Shown: positions 37,560-51,063 of the stretch, in pieces
How the letters are laid out: each line of letters begins with the position of its first letter
Numbering within the stretch: position 1 is the stretch's first letter
Source of the DNA: Conidiobolus incongruus B7586
Taxonomy: Eukaryota
Direction of reading: 5' to 3'
Assembly (NCBI GenBank): GCA_000697335.1
Contig: JNEM01008905.1
Location: forward strand, 1 to 61,318
DNA: 61,318 bases
Program-made: the position numbers and the translations under genes
The notes under the pieces: generated by a model
What the model was told of the DNA's origin: nothing
Seen by the model: only the letters and a program-made list of their open reading frames with translations
Database searches by the model: none

Positions 37560-40037
37560 AGTCCATTTGAGTTAATATTTATGTAGATTTTTAAATATCT
37601 GTTATGTATATATTTTCAGCATAATTCAAACATCCTAATAAAAATACAAGGTTTGATCTCTATATAATGATAATAATGCTTTTAAATTATTTATGTCAAA
37701 ATTTTTGAGATAAAGTTTATAAATCCAATATAAACAAAAATTGCAAAATTAACACCACAAATTTCAAATGTTTTAAATTTTCAAATCATATTATTCAATG
37801 TAATTTAAATAGTTTTAATATATTATAACTCTATTACTTTAAGTTGGATTATGATTTTTAACTTTGTATTGAATATTGTTATTCAAAATCAATATTAAAC
37901 CAAATAATTAAAAAATTGTATTTTCAATATATTTTAAATAAAATTTTCAAATTTTTGAAAAAATATATAAATCATTTTATTACTAAATGGTAAAATGACT
38001 GTAATATATGTTAAATATAATTAAATTGTCATAAATTGGTATATAAAATTACAAATTATATTGTATGCCTTTTCAATCTCAATTTAATAACTTGGCTACA
38101 GTTAGGTTACATCTATAGAGTATGTGAATAAGAAATTTTTTTTAGACATATTTGATAATTGAATCGTATTATATGAAAGCTATAATCAAGTATAATAATA
38201 GTTTAAATGGAATTTAATTATCAATATTAAAACCAAATAACTTAAACATATTTTTTAAACTTACTATCACACTATAAACTATTTTTTTATTAATTAAATT
38301 GAAAAATGATAACTCAATTTCAATATTTATTTTTATAATCATACTCCTATTTCTTTCATTATAATAATTATAGTATAAAATAATTAAGTTATATGGTAAT
38401 TGAGTTTTTGACTTATATCCTAATTCAAAATATTTCTGTATTTAATTTTGTTACTTAAAATTGGATAATTAATTGCTGATGGTATACATTATAAACTTAT
38501 ATTTGATAAGTTAGGATAAAATTCTAGAGCCTTAATGCTTTTCATAATATATAATTCATGTAATTGTCATTTAATTAAGGGAAAGTATATGGCCAAAGTG
38601 TTTATATGAAATTCATACTGATATGTTTTAAATTTAAATATTAATATGTTTATAAATAAATTGATCAATTTGTGAGGAAAATGCTATTTAGAAAAATATA
38701 TATAGAAATATTTATCATTATAACTTATAATCGATATCTCAAGGTATTTTATTGTATCCAATAATTCGAATTTTTTTATTAACAGAACTACATATTTTTA
38801 TTATGAAATTGAATTATAAAAATCATATTAGTGGAAATATATAATTAAAGAATTAGCTAAATATATTGAATTAATTAAAATTCAACACTTACAACATTTA
38901 TTTGGTATCTATTTAACTTGAATATAAAAATATTATTGTTTGATTAAATTAATTGTGAATATATATTACTTAAATAATATCAAATTATTATAAAATTATC
39001 AGGTAAAATAATGATTATAATTATTCAGGACTATCGACATTTAAAATAGTGAATTTGAGTCATTTAAATAATATGATATTATATCGTTTAAGTTAAGATA
39101 AATTTTCAAGTGAATAGTTGTGATGTGAATAATTAACAAAAAATAATTTTTTGGTATTAATTTAATCGATCATATATTAATTTTGAGTAATATATCTAAT
39201 AATATTTGAAGTTTTAATATTGATAAATGAATCGAAAATCGTACAAAATTATATATTACAATTTTAAGAATTATAAAGCATTCATATAATACTAAGTTAC
39301 TAAATAGTTTAAATGAATATTTTAATCAAATCATTTTTATTATAATTGGAAAATATTTAATATATTATCAGGATCTTTATTAAAACTACAATTATTTATA
39401 TTTCAGTCTAAATATTTTATATATCAAAAAAGTTTTAGTGAATTATTAATCGTAATACAGTTTTATTTAAATCATTTTAATTATTTTTACAAATATAGCA
39501 ACTTTCGGCTAAGCTTCCCAAAAATAATCTGTAAACAATCACAGTTGATTAATTGATTGAGTATTATATTCTACATTATGATATTAAACATAACATTTAT
39601 TAATAGAATTTGAACAGATTTATAATGTACTTGACAAAGAGAATAGAATAATGGCTATTTTTAGTCAATCAATCTTTATTCAACATAAATTCTTGATTAC
39701 TAGCTAAAAGGCTAGATTTGGAAAAAATAGCTAACATTAGTAAAGTAAGGGTAAATTAATAAAATTAATTGTAGTGAATGGAACTATAAGGAATAATTAA
39801 ATATGGAGCTATATTAAAAGCCACATATTTATGATGTATGATCACTTTTTTATCCAGAATTTATGTTATTCAAGCAAGTCACTTTTTTAACTTGAATTTT
39901 ATTCAATATCTTTTTAATCTAATATAAATAACGTATATTTAAGTGTGATCATTCATTGAAATATCAAAAAATTTGATTATAATTCATTTATAAAATTATT
40001 TTAAAAATCAGTACAAATAATAGTGATAAAGTATTAA

Positions 40038-41573
40038 ATGACAGAGAATACCAATATTAACGAAAGCACACCTTTAAATCTTGAACATGAATCTAATCAA
40101 TTGAACGATATCAATAAACAGCAGTTCACAGTTACTTTGATAGTTTCAGCAGTCATTGCATGTCTTACATCTGTACAATTTGGTTACCACACTGGTGAAC
40201 TTAATACTCCATCGTCCATTTTGCTCAATTGTATTGCTGAAGATAATCTGTTTTGGGGCCTATTTCCTTCTTGCTTTAAACTATCCCAGTTCGAGTTTTC
40301 TCTTGTAACTTCGATCTTTCCACTTGGCGGTGTCATTGGATCAATTTTAGGAGCCTACGCTATGGAGAGATTGGGAAGGAAAGGAGCACTGTACTGGAAT
40401 AATATTCTCCTATTATTGGGTTCATTGGCTATTTCACTTGCATCTGACACTCTCGCAATGTTCACTGGTAGACTCCTAGTGGGTATTGCTGCTGGTGTTG
40501 GATTGGTTGTAGTTCCAGTATACCTTAATGAGATATCTCCTCTTAATTTGAGAGGTAGTATCGGTGTTCTCAACCAAATTGGTATCGTTACAGGAATCAT
40601 TTTATCTATGATATTTGGTATTTTTTGGTCAACAATATCACTTTGGAGATATATTTTTATGGTGAACATTATATTATCTGCCGTTCAACTAATTCTATTT
40701 TCCAAAGCTCCAGAATCTCCAGTGTATCTTTTGTCCAAAAGTAATGGTTATTTTGAAGCTGAAAAAGCACTCCAATATTTGAGATCTGCCGAAAATGTGG
40801 AGGATGAGTTAAACAATCTTCGAAATACTAGCGTCTCTCAAGATGGGTATCAGAGTTTAGAGGTGTCTCAAAACACTAGTACCAATGAGCAATCATTAAC
40901 TGTCATTGAGCTATTTAAATCATCACACCATTTCCCAAGTCTTATGATGATAATGTTGATCCACTTCACTCAGCAGGCTTCAGGCATCAATGCAATTATG
41001 TATTATTCAACTGATATTTTGAGTCGAGCATTTCCTTCTAATTCCAAATACTTAACATTACTGATTAATATTATTCAATTGATTGTTGCGTTGGTATGCG
41101 CTCCTTTAGTGGATAAATTAGGCAGAAAGACACTGTTGTTGACCTCAGGAATTGCAATGGGCACCTTCAATTTCTTATTCGGATTAGCTAGTAATGCCGA
41201 GTACGCATACCTATCAGCCATTGCTATCTTTTGCTCGACCGGAACTTTTTCAATTGGTTTGGGACCTCTTCCCTTTATCCTTTTACCCGAAATGTTTGAT
41301 ACTCCTTCAGTTGCTTCAGCATCTACACTTGCACTTCCTACCAATTTGTTTTTCAACTTTATTGTAGGTCTGGTATTCTTACCACTTCAAACATTTTTAG
41401 GAGGTGCTAATAACACTTATACCGGAAATGTTTTCATTTTATTTTCCGTCATCTTATTTGGAAGCATTTATATCATATACAAAATTTTGCCTGAGACCAA
41501 ATCCAATACGTCTACTGACAATATGAAAGAGCTTCAAGCTAATTATAATCAATTTTTTAGATTGACTTCTTAA
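40038..41573 (+). CDS. MFS sugar porter, vacuolar type (copy 3)
   Basis: Intronless, 511 aa; long tracts identical to copy 2 at a constant offset of 4020 bp. Confidence 0.93.
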   Translation: MTENTNINESTPLNLEHESNQLNDINKQQFTVTLIVSAVIACLTSVQFGYHTGELNTPSSILLNCIAEDNLFWGLFPSCFKLSQFEFSLVTSIFPLGGVIGSILGAYAMERLGRKGALYWNNILLLLGSLAISLASDTLAMFTGRLLVGIAAGVGLVVVPVYLNEISPLNLRGSIGVLNQIGIVTGIILSMIFGIFWSTISLWRYIFMVNIILSAVQLILFSKAPESPVYLLSKSNGYFEAEKALQYLRSAENVEDELNNLRNTSVSQDGYQSLEVSQNTSTNEQSLTVIELFKSSHHFPSLMMIMLIHFTQQASGINAIMYYSTDILSRAFPSNSKYLTLLINIIQLIVALVCAPLVDKLGRKTLLLTSGIAMGTFNFLFGLASNAEYAYLSAIAIFCSTGTFSIGLGPLPFILLPEMFDTPSVASASTLALPTNLFFNFIVGLVFLPLQTFLGGANNTYTGNVFILFSVILFGSIYIIYKILPETKSNTSTDNMKELQANYNQFFRLTS

Positions 41574-43619
41574 TTAATATCTTATTTGGTTCAAAATAAA
41601 ATTTTTATTGATATATTAATATCCATTATTTTTTATTTCCATATATCAACATTGTCTTCCATAAATTGTTCCAGTTTTGATTACTTCAATTAATATCTAA
41701 TTAATAATATTATTTGTATTTTTTTATATCCATTAACTCATTCTCGTATATTTGAATTGGAGATTTTAATCCTTAACCATATATAATAATCATTTTCAAT
41801 AAATAATATCAGTCTACTACCATACTTTTAATTAATTTTTATTCATCGTTTATTTATAAATCACTTGATTTTTATTAATTCCATTATTCAATTGATATCA
41901 AGCATTGATATTAAGAAATGGTACGAGTTAAATAATTTATATTTGACATTTATCGCATACATCGTGATCAATCATTTAATTGATTATTAGCTATTAGAAT
42001 AACAAACTCCTGTTCTCATAATTGTAATTTTACTGAGATAAATCCAAACTTAATAAAATTATGAGGAATCTTTAAAGTTCAATTTTCTAACAATTTAATA
42101 TAATTGATTATGAATCAATTTAATTAACAATCGTTATCTTTTTCAATCAATATCAATTATATTATGATATAAATATTTTATCATTCAATTTTTCATTGGA
42201 TTATAAATTTATCACTATAATGGATAGAATGATTAATATATATGTATATATACCAAATTTTTATTTGTTGAAATATTACATAGTTTATATTCCTTCAATA
42301 TTCATTATGTATTATAATCTATCAAATTATGAAAAATATTACTATTATTATAACATAAAATTCTTAATATATTTTTATTAATTTTTTTCATTACTAATTT
42401 AATCAATTTAATCCGATTGGGTATTTGCTTGTAATTATCAAAGTGAATATAATCAATATAATCTTTATGTGTTAGATCACTATATAGAAATATTTTAAAA
42501 ATAAATTAATAGTATTGCTCTTATTATTGCTTATATTAGTTACTTGTTTAATATTTTACTAGCATTTAAGAAATAAATAATGATTTTAGAGTATTAAAAT
42601 AGTTTGGTTTATTATTACAATTTTATTGAGTGTTATAAAGAACATAAAATTAAATTAATATATGTATGAAATCTAATTTTTTTTTCTGAAAATAATTATA
42701 TTTTGCCTAGTATAATATGAAAATATATAAAAATCAAAAATTATGAAAAGAAAATTTATATTTGATAGTAATATTATTCGACTTGACAAAAAATTATGAT
42801 AAAAAGAAATGTTGAATAAAAATAATTTAACCAAAAAATACATACAAATTTGTATATACTCTAAAAAATAAGGATAGGTTAATATAAATAAATTAATTTT
42901 TAAAATTATTAAAAATAATTAATATTTTTATTTTATTGAAAGGGTGAATCTATAATGATAAAGTATTAAATTATCAATTTCTTATATATATTTTTGATTT
43001 TCAATATATTATTAAAAGATTTTGAAATTTTGATTATGGAATTTTTTATACATATTGAAAAATAATTAGCTCTGAAATAAATTCTTATGAGTCAGTTGAA
43101 CTGTTTTCATGGTTAAATCATTTTTAGGATAATTTCTAAAATCTTCGGGAGATGTGGCCAAATTAAATTATTATTTACCATATTATATGTTACAAATTAA
43201 AAACTCGTATATCCGGATAATTTATATTAATAATGAATCAGATAATTTAGTTCATTACTTCAACCCTATTAATAGTTTTATAATATAATAGAATGTAGTT
43301 ACTTTGGTGATTTATATACTATATAATCCCTTATTTAAAATATATATACATATATAAACAACAGATTTCAATTTCAATAAATTCATTACAAAATTGTAAA
43401 TTATGGTGTAACAAATTGAATGACATCACTTTCAAAATTATAAATTTATGTTTGAAACCAAAATTTTATAAATTGAACAAGTTATAAGAGAATTCAATTA
43501 TGACTCAAAATATTAATTAATATAAATAGGTATGGATAGTATAAAATTAATTTCAAATTAAACAAAATTCAAAATCAATTAATTTAAAAATATAAAGAAT
43601 TAATTATTGAATATAAAGA

Positions 43620-45287
43620 ATGAAAATCGATTTAGAAAATATTGCAAATTATTCAGCTTTTGAAATCGCTGAAGCAGTACGCTCTAGAGGTGCTAAAGCA
43701 GTTGAAGTGCTAAGAGCAATGCGTAAAAACGCTGAAAAATCTGAGGATTTGAACTGCATCGTGCAATTCTTGGACGATTACGCTTTTGAGAAGGCTGATT
43801 GGATCGATGAACAAATTGCCAAAGGTGTTGAATTTAGTCCAGAAGAATATCCACTGCTCGGGGTGCCTATTAGTGTAAAGGACTGCCTGGGAATTAAAGG
43901 TTACGATAATACTATTGGGCTTGAGCGTTTTAAAGGAATAATTAATGAGAAAACACATCCTCTGGTTACTTTACTTGAGAATTCGGGTGCTGTACCATTT
44001 TGTACGACTCATGTATGTCAGTTTATGGGCACCTTAGGATCTACCAACTCTCATGGTGCGACTTTGAATCCATACAACCCAAACTTCACCAGCGGCGGTA
44101 GCAGCAGCGGTGAGGGTGCATTGATCGGGTCAGATGGAAGTATTTTGGGTATTGGTACCGATATTGGGGGTAGTATTAGAATTCCTGCTGCATTTTGTGG
44201 TGTGTATGGGTTAAAGCCGACTCCTAGAAGATGGATCGAAGGCGGTCCAAGAAACACGAGTCCGGGGCAAGAAGGAATCCTTTCTACCATTGGTCCCCTT
44301 GCCAAGCATGTTGACGATATTGATCTAGCTCTCAAGGCTGTTTTATGCAAAAAGCCTTGGGAAGTTAGCTCATGGGTAGTCCCAATCCCATATAGACATA
44401 TTGAGCTCCCCAAAAAACTGCGCATTGGGTACTATGTCTCTGATGGTAAATTCCCAGTTACTCCAGTCTGTGAACGTGCGGTAATGATGGCAGTTGAGGC
44501 TCTTAAAGCTGCTGGCCATGAAGTATTCCCATATAATGAGCCTGCAATTGGTCCTTCTGCAAGCATGTATATTAAATTTACCGGCTTGGAAAAATCTCGT
44601 ACCAAGCTTCAATCACTGCTATCTCACGAAAAACTCACAATAGAAAATTTTCATCTAACTCTACTTCACCGTTTACCTAAATTTCTTGTTTGGTTAATAT
44701 CTGGAATCTTCAAATTCATCTTAGGAGAGAAAGAACTAGCCGACTTTGTTTGGAGTTACGCATCTGCGGATATTCATACCCATTTCAAACTTAACGTGGA
44801 ACGAGCCAAATTGGAACAACAGCATTTTGAATCCTGGAACAATGCGAAAGGTGATGATGGATCGCCAATGGACTTTGTGATCTGCCCAATTAGTCCACTC
44901 CCTCCATTCCCTCATCATACGTTTCATAGACTTGCCTTCAGCTATAGCTACTCATTCCTCTACAATCTCATAGGTAATACATCTGGAGTTATCCCTGTCA
45001 CTCGAGTTAATCGCGATATTGACGGGATTCCCAACTTGGATACTTGGCTTAAAGAAAAGATTTCACCAGACTACACTGATGGTCTATTACGCCAGAAGCA
45101 ATTATACTCATACTACGATGTTGACCAGATGCATGGCCTTCCCATTGCTATCCAAATCGTGGGTAGGAAGTTTGAAGAGGAGAAAGTGGCAAAGGGAATG
45201 ACTCTCATTGACAAGATTTTGAAAGAGTATGACCAGCCATACAAGTATCAACCATATGCTGAATACAAAAAACATTCTAAAAGTTAA
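43620..45287 (+). CDS. Amidase-signature enzyme, FAAH/acetamidase-like (copy 1)
   Basis: PLLGVPISVKD (catalytic Lys), GGSSSGEGAL, GIGTDIGGSIRIPAAFCGVYGLKPT (Ser-cisSer-Lys triad) and GLPIAIQIVG. Confidence 0.95.
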   Translation: MKIDLENIANYSAFEIAEAVRSRGAKAVEVLRAMRKNAEKSEDLNCIVQFLDDYAFEKADWIDEQIAKGVEFSPEEYPLLGVPISVKDCLGIKGYDNTIGLERFKGIINEKTHPLVTLLENSGAVPFCTTHVCQFMGTLGSTNSHGATLNPYNPNFTSGGSSSGEGALIGSDGSILGIGTDIGGSIRIPAAFCGVYGLKPTPRRWIEGGPRNTSPGQEGILSTIGPLAKHVDDIDLALKAVLCKKPWEVSSWVVPIPYRHIELPKKLRIGYYVSDGKFPVTPVCERAVMMAVEALKAAGHEVFPYNEPAIGPSASMYIKFTGLEKSRTKLQSLLSHEKLTIENFHLTLLHRLPKFLVWLISGIFKFILGEKELADFVWSYASADIHTHFKLNVERAKLEQQHFESWNNAKGDDGSPMDFVICPISPLPPFPHHTFHRLAFSYSYSFLYNLIGNTSGVIPVTRVNRDIDGIPNLDTWLKEKISPDYTDGLLRQKQLYSYYDVDQMHGLPIAIQIVGRKFEEEKVAKGMTLIDKILKEYDQPYKYQPYAEYKKHSKS

Positions 45288-47718
45288 TTTTTGAAGATTT
45301 TAATTATCGGTGAACTTTTCAATTTTTCAAATATATAAACTCTAAATATTGCCAATTATTTCAAAATTGCGACTTTTTTTTATTTTGCATCCAGAATTAT
45401 ATAATTTACGTATTTTTCTAAAATTTCTAAATTTAAAATAATTGCATAAGTTGTTTGGATATTAATGAACTATGTTTTAATTTTAGTAATTCGACCAATA
45501 TTGAATATTGAATAATAGAATTCTCTCAACGTATTTTTTAAATATATTTGATAAACTATATTATTATCTCATTAAGATAACTTTGATATAATCCAAATAA
45601 AACGGATAAAACCACTATTAAAAAATCTGCACATGCTAAGATTTTTTGGCACACACTTGACAAATCTTAAAATTGTTTTTTAAATAAAAAAAATTAGATT
45701 TAAATGATTTACAAAAATAATATATTTTAATAACTATAACATGAAACAAGGAAAGGGACTGTTAATTTTTACAGTGGTATTATGAACATTTTAGTAATAT
45801 TAAAAAATAAACCAAACTTGCTGAATAATGCATTTCCAATTAATTGTAGTATTAATATATCAAAATAGTCTCACAATTTGCAAGTATTTTTAATGATTAC
45901 TCATAAAATAATTTGATATTGACCCATTAATAAAAGCCATGCTTAAATCACTACGGTTTATATGTATTTTATCTAAAAATTTGAATTTACATTGAAATCA
46001 TAAATTGATCATGATTTAACTGATCAAATCTATAGAAATATCACTTAAACACAAAATTTTGATATTTTTACCAATACCATCAAATTAGCCATATATCTAG
46101 TTAATGGTAAAATATTAATTATTTTAAGAAATGTTAAAATTATAACCCTATATTTTTGATGATGTTGAATTTATCTCTATTTTTCCAATTTAGAAAATGG
46201 AATAGATACAAATATATCAAACAATTTAGAGTATAGTTCAATTAAAACAGTTTTATTCATATAATTATATAGTATAAAATAAAGTTACTAATAATATCCA
46301 TATCTTCAAAAAATTGTAAATAATTTTACGAATTGAATGTTTATTTTCTATTGGATTTATCTAACATCATTGTAAGTTTTAACCATTACCTAAAAGTACA
46401 AGGATTTAGAATATTTCTATATATAAAATAGTCAGTTTTCACTATTTAAATTTTTTAACTTATATTTATTAATTCCAAAGTTATTTTAACAATCGTTAAT
46501 AAATATGATATTTATATAGTAATTGAAGCATTCATATTTTTGTAGTGTTATTTAATTTAAATAACTTAAATGCTTATACTAAATGAAAATATAGACTACC
46601 AAAACTACAAATTATATTGCTTTATAATTAAGTCAATCTGCACCTGTATCAGGAAATATCAAGTTAAGTCAATTTGATGTGAAAACATTGACATGAACAC
46701 ATTATCACTTATCCCAGCATATCTTGAAAACAGTATCCTGGTGAGTGGATTTTTACAACTATTAGTGTATTGGTATTATTAAAATGAGATTGACATGATA
46801 ACAATAACAAATCAATATATATAAAAGATTAGTTCTCACAAAACACTAAAATACTCTTCAGAAAATACAAAACGTAGGTTAAAATAGTGTTGTAAAAAAC
46901 AAAGATTTTTGGAATTATTAATATGTATTTGGTTAAGAATTAAATATATCTCAGAATAATCAAGGGTATTGCAAATAATATTATTTAGATCTAAAATTAT
47001 ACTATTTCAATTAAAATCTTGGAATTGAAATTATCTAAAAATCAGATTTTATTAGAACATTAATTATGAATGGATGAATATCAATTAAATATTATAAGAT
47101 AATCTTATGATATACAACATTAAAGTAGGAGGTTTTTATAAATATTAACATAGTATTAATAACTTAAAATTTTTCTTAGAAAAAAATTTTCGGATATTAC
47201 AATTTGAATAAAATAAAATATAAGAATTATTATGATTTCAATTATTGTATTGAGCGTCACATTTTAATATTAAATGTAAAAGTATAAAATAATTGGAACC
47301 AGCTTCAGGATTGGGAAATATTTTCCTTAAACCATGATTTTCTACCCTGACTCTGGTATTATTTTAAATATACAGAGAGTAGGTTATCATTCCAAGATCT
47401 TGATTTATTATGCAATCAGTCTAATATTACATTAAATGAATTTAAACATTTCTAAATCTCTAGTTTTGATAAAATTCTATGAAATATATATGAATTTGCA
47501 CAAGATAACAGTGACCTCGATTACCTAAAAGGAACTGAAAAATCTTGTTTATATAAAAGTTGCGGTTTTATTAGTTATACTGTGAGAAGAATGAATTGAT
47601 TTTACTCATTTGGGTATATAGATGTTGATATCTTATTTTTAATTTTAAGGGCCTTTGGATGATTATTGCATTTTATATTCCTAGTTTGAATATTTAAAGA
47701 GGATTATGATATATTAAA

Positions 47719-49051
47719 ATGGCTGAATTAGAATTAGAAAACATACCTGAAGCTGTACATTTAAGAGATGTGGAAGCAGTTGACGTGCTAAGAGCGATGC
47801 TTAAGAATGCTAAAAAATCTGAAAATTTGAACTACATGCCCAGTTTTTGGATATTATTCTTTCGAGAAGGCTGATTGGATTGATGAACAAATTGCTAAAA
47901 GTGTTATCTGGTAAAAAGAATATTTGTTAGTTAAAGTGCATACTAGTGTCAAGCATTGTTTATGAATCAAAGGTTATGACAATACAATACGCCTTACTCG
48001 GTTTAAATATACAGTCAATGAAAAAACACATCTTCTGATCATTTTACTAGAGAAATTTGGTACTGCACCGTTTTGCACTACTTATATAAATCAATTTCTG
48101 GCTAGATTGGGATTTGCAAACTCGCCCGATTTCACTTTCAACCCATACAATTCCAAGTTCACTAGTCGAGGTAGTAGCTGCCGCGAAGGTGCATTGGTTA
48201 GATTAAATGGAGATATTTTGGGTATTGGAGGCGACTATGGAAGTAGTATTAGGATCCCAGCAGCATTTTGTGACATTTATAGATTGAGGTCAAATCCCAA
48301 GAGTTGGGTTGGGGTTGGTGATAAGAACCAATTCCGAAACAAGAGGGAATTGTTACCACTACTGGTCCTCTTATAAAATATGCTGAAGATATTGATTTAG
48401 CTCTTAAGACTATTTTGGATAAAAAGCCTGAGAGATTAGCCTCTGGGTCATTCCACTTCCATATAGACAAGTAGAACACCACGGCAAACTCTGTATTGGG
48501 TATTATACCTCAGATGGGAAATTCTCAGTCACATCCGCTTACGAACATGTAATTATGATCGCTGTTGAAACTCTCAAAGTTTTTGGTCGGGAAATAGTTC
48601 CATACAATGACCCTGCATGTGGTTCTAGTGCATCTTTGTATATCAAATACTCAAACTTAGATAAAGCTCGCTTCAAATTCGAAGTTCCTCATGAAAAATT
48701 CACAACTGAAAATTTTCAACCAATTTTAATATATTGTTTACTCAGATTACTTTTTTGGTAAATATTCAGTGTATTATCTTTGTAAATCAGGTGAATCACG
48801 ACATTGAAGCAATTAACAATTTAGACACCTGGCTTAAAGAAAAGATCTCTCCCGACTATGATGATGGCTTATTGCGCCAAAAGAAACTCTATTCTCACTA
48901 TGATGTTGATCATATGCATGGCCTTCCCATCGCAATCCAAGTAGTTGGCAGAAAATTTGAAGAAAAGGTTGCTAAAAGAATGGCTGTTATTGATCAAATT
49001 TTGAAAGAATATGATCAACCTCACAGAAACCAGCAGCATACCCAATATTAG
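47719..49051 (+). pseudogene. Amidase pseudogene (frameshifts, stops, internal deletion)
   Basis: Starts MAELELENIPEAVHLRDVEAVDVLRAM. Broken homology to the flanking amidases across several frames; degraded signature (RGSSCREG, GGDYGSSIRIPAAFC); about 250 bp missing near 48770. Confidence 0.92.
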
Positions 49052-51063
49052 AAGTCATTTCAAAATTTTGTTAATTCAAATATATATAGTTTAAAATAAA
49101 TATTTCTAATAGTAAATTATAATGCATATTCATTAGAAAATTCTTTTTATTTATATAATAATATAGAAAATAAAGGAGGATAGGAGTAAAATTAAACCAA
49201 AATCGAATAAATGAACTGGAATTGACTGCTGAATCAATTATTAAAAAGGATGTTATTTGATGCAATATAATTGCCAAAAGAAAGTAGCTAGTAATAAATA
49301 GATATATAAAAATAAAAAGAGAAATAAAAATAAAAATCACCAAGCTCTTTCAATTTTGTCCCATCAAATTGTGTTTTTTTCAAGAGTTAGCTATATCGAA
49401 AACTACCATTGGTAATTATATGAATTTTGGGCCTAACTGAAATTTGCATAAATTTTCAGTAGGTTCAATTTCTTAACCTTCAAGGATAAAGCGGTTAACC
49501 AATAATAAGGGTCGTGACTCAATTATGATAGAAAAGAGATACAGTAAACCCTTGCTAATTGGATGTGTTATGCATCAAGTATTAGTCTCAACATTAAAAA
49601 CTAATTTAAAATTTCGTAATTCATCTAAATATGATATAATTGATTAAAATGTGAAATTCTCTTGTGATTTTAATAGTTATTTCATCATTTACCTTCTTGT
49701 CTTGATCATCTCTCATAATTCAAGCTATAATTCAATTTATATTGCGAAATCATATATTTTTTGTCATTTAAAAGCATAAATGTATCATTTGACATCTGAG
49801 GTAATCTATATATTTTTTGTTCAATTGATAATATCAATTTAACAATCATTTACCGTATAAAATTAAATTGTGATTAGATCCTATTTTAATTATAATTATT
49901 GGAAATTATGAGTTTCTACGATTACAAAATGATGTATTTATGATATATATTTGAAATTTTTTGAACATTGTCCATATGGGAAATAAAATTGAAAAATTTT
50001 ATAACATACTATATCAATTGATAGGCTTTATGTTTTCAAAAAGAACAAATTTGAATATTGAATATAAAATTTAGGAAAAAAATAATTTAACATTATTTTT
50101 TGAAACTATCATTTCATCAATGATAAATAGTTATTATTTAAATATATTAAATGAATCTTTCTTTGATATTAATCTGGTTTATAAGTTGAAGCAGATGTAT
50201 ATTATATATATATTTGATTGATAATAGCAACCAAACAGGAAGACATCTGACGATTATAATGTGATTTTTAAAATCGCTTTTCAGAATGTTATCAAAAAAA
50301 TAGTCATTTAGTGAAACAGATATTAATCAGGTTTAATTTGTTATAATGTATATTCAATAGATATTAAAACAAATATTGATGATCTATAGCTGATTGTGAT
50401 TTCTTAAATGAGTTTCCTAAGATACATATTATAAGTATTTTCAAAATATGATATTTAAAGCATATATATTTTCAAATTCTTGTGGGTAATTAGTTATAAA
50501 ATAACACTGAATTTTAATATAATATACACAGATGAATTATTTTATATTATGAAAGATTTATTGGATATAATATAAATATTATCCTGATATTTTATTGTAT
50601 ATCTATCATTCGTGCCTTTAACAAAATTTATTTATTTTAATGTATCCATTAAAATTGAAGAAAATTATTTCATATGCACCGATTTTGAAAAAATATGAAT
50701 ATTTATTCCTTGAAATATATCATTGTCTTATACTGAAATATATAGTGAATAAATATTGTATATTATTCCACTTTTTAATTAATAAATATGGTGATAATTT
50801 TTTTAAAATGATAATAAAAAATGAAGTATTGTTTGGACAAATATGGATGAAAAGACGAGAATAACTTTGTGTTAAATCATAATCCCTAAATTGTAATTTA
50901 GTGGGAATAATGTAACCATAACCATATAAGAATATTAAACCCTTTTAATATTATATATTGTGTTTTATGATTCTTGTATTTTCAAATTAAATAATAGTCA
51001 TTTTGTTTTAAATCATTCTGTTTAATGTTACAAAAAATTTAATTAAAGCATATAATATAAAAT

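Noticed and set aside
45270..45300. Peroxisomal PTS1 or stop-readthrough on amidase 1 (ends HSKS)
   Set aside because: SKS is not a canonical PTS1, the stop is TAA-T rather than TGA-CTA, and the paralog ends differently.
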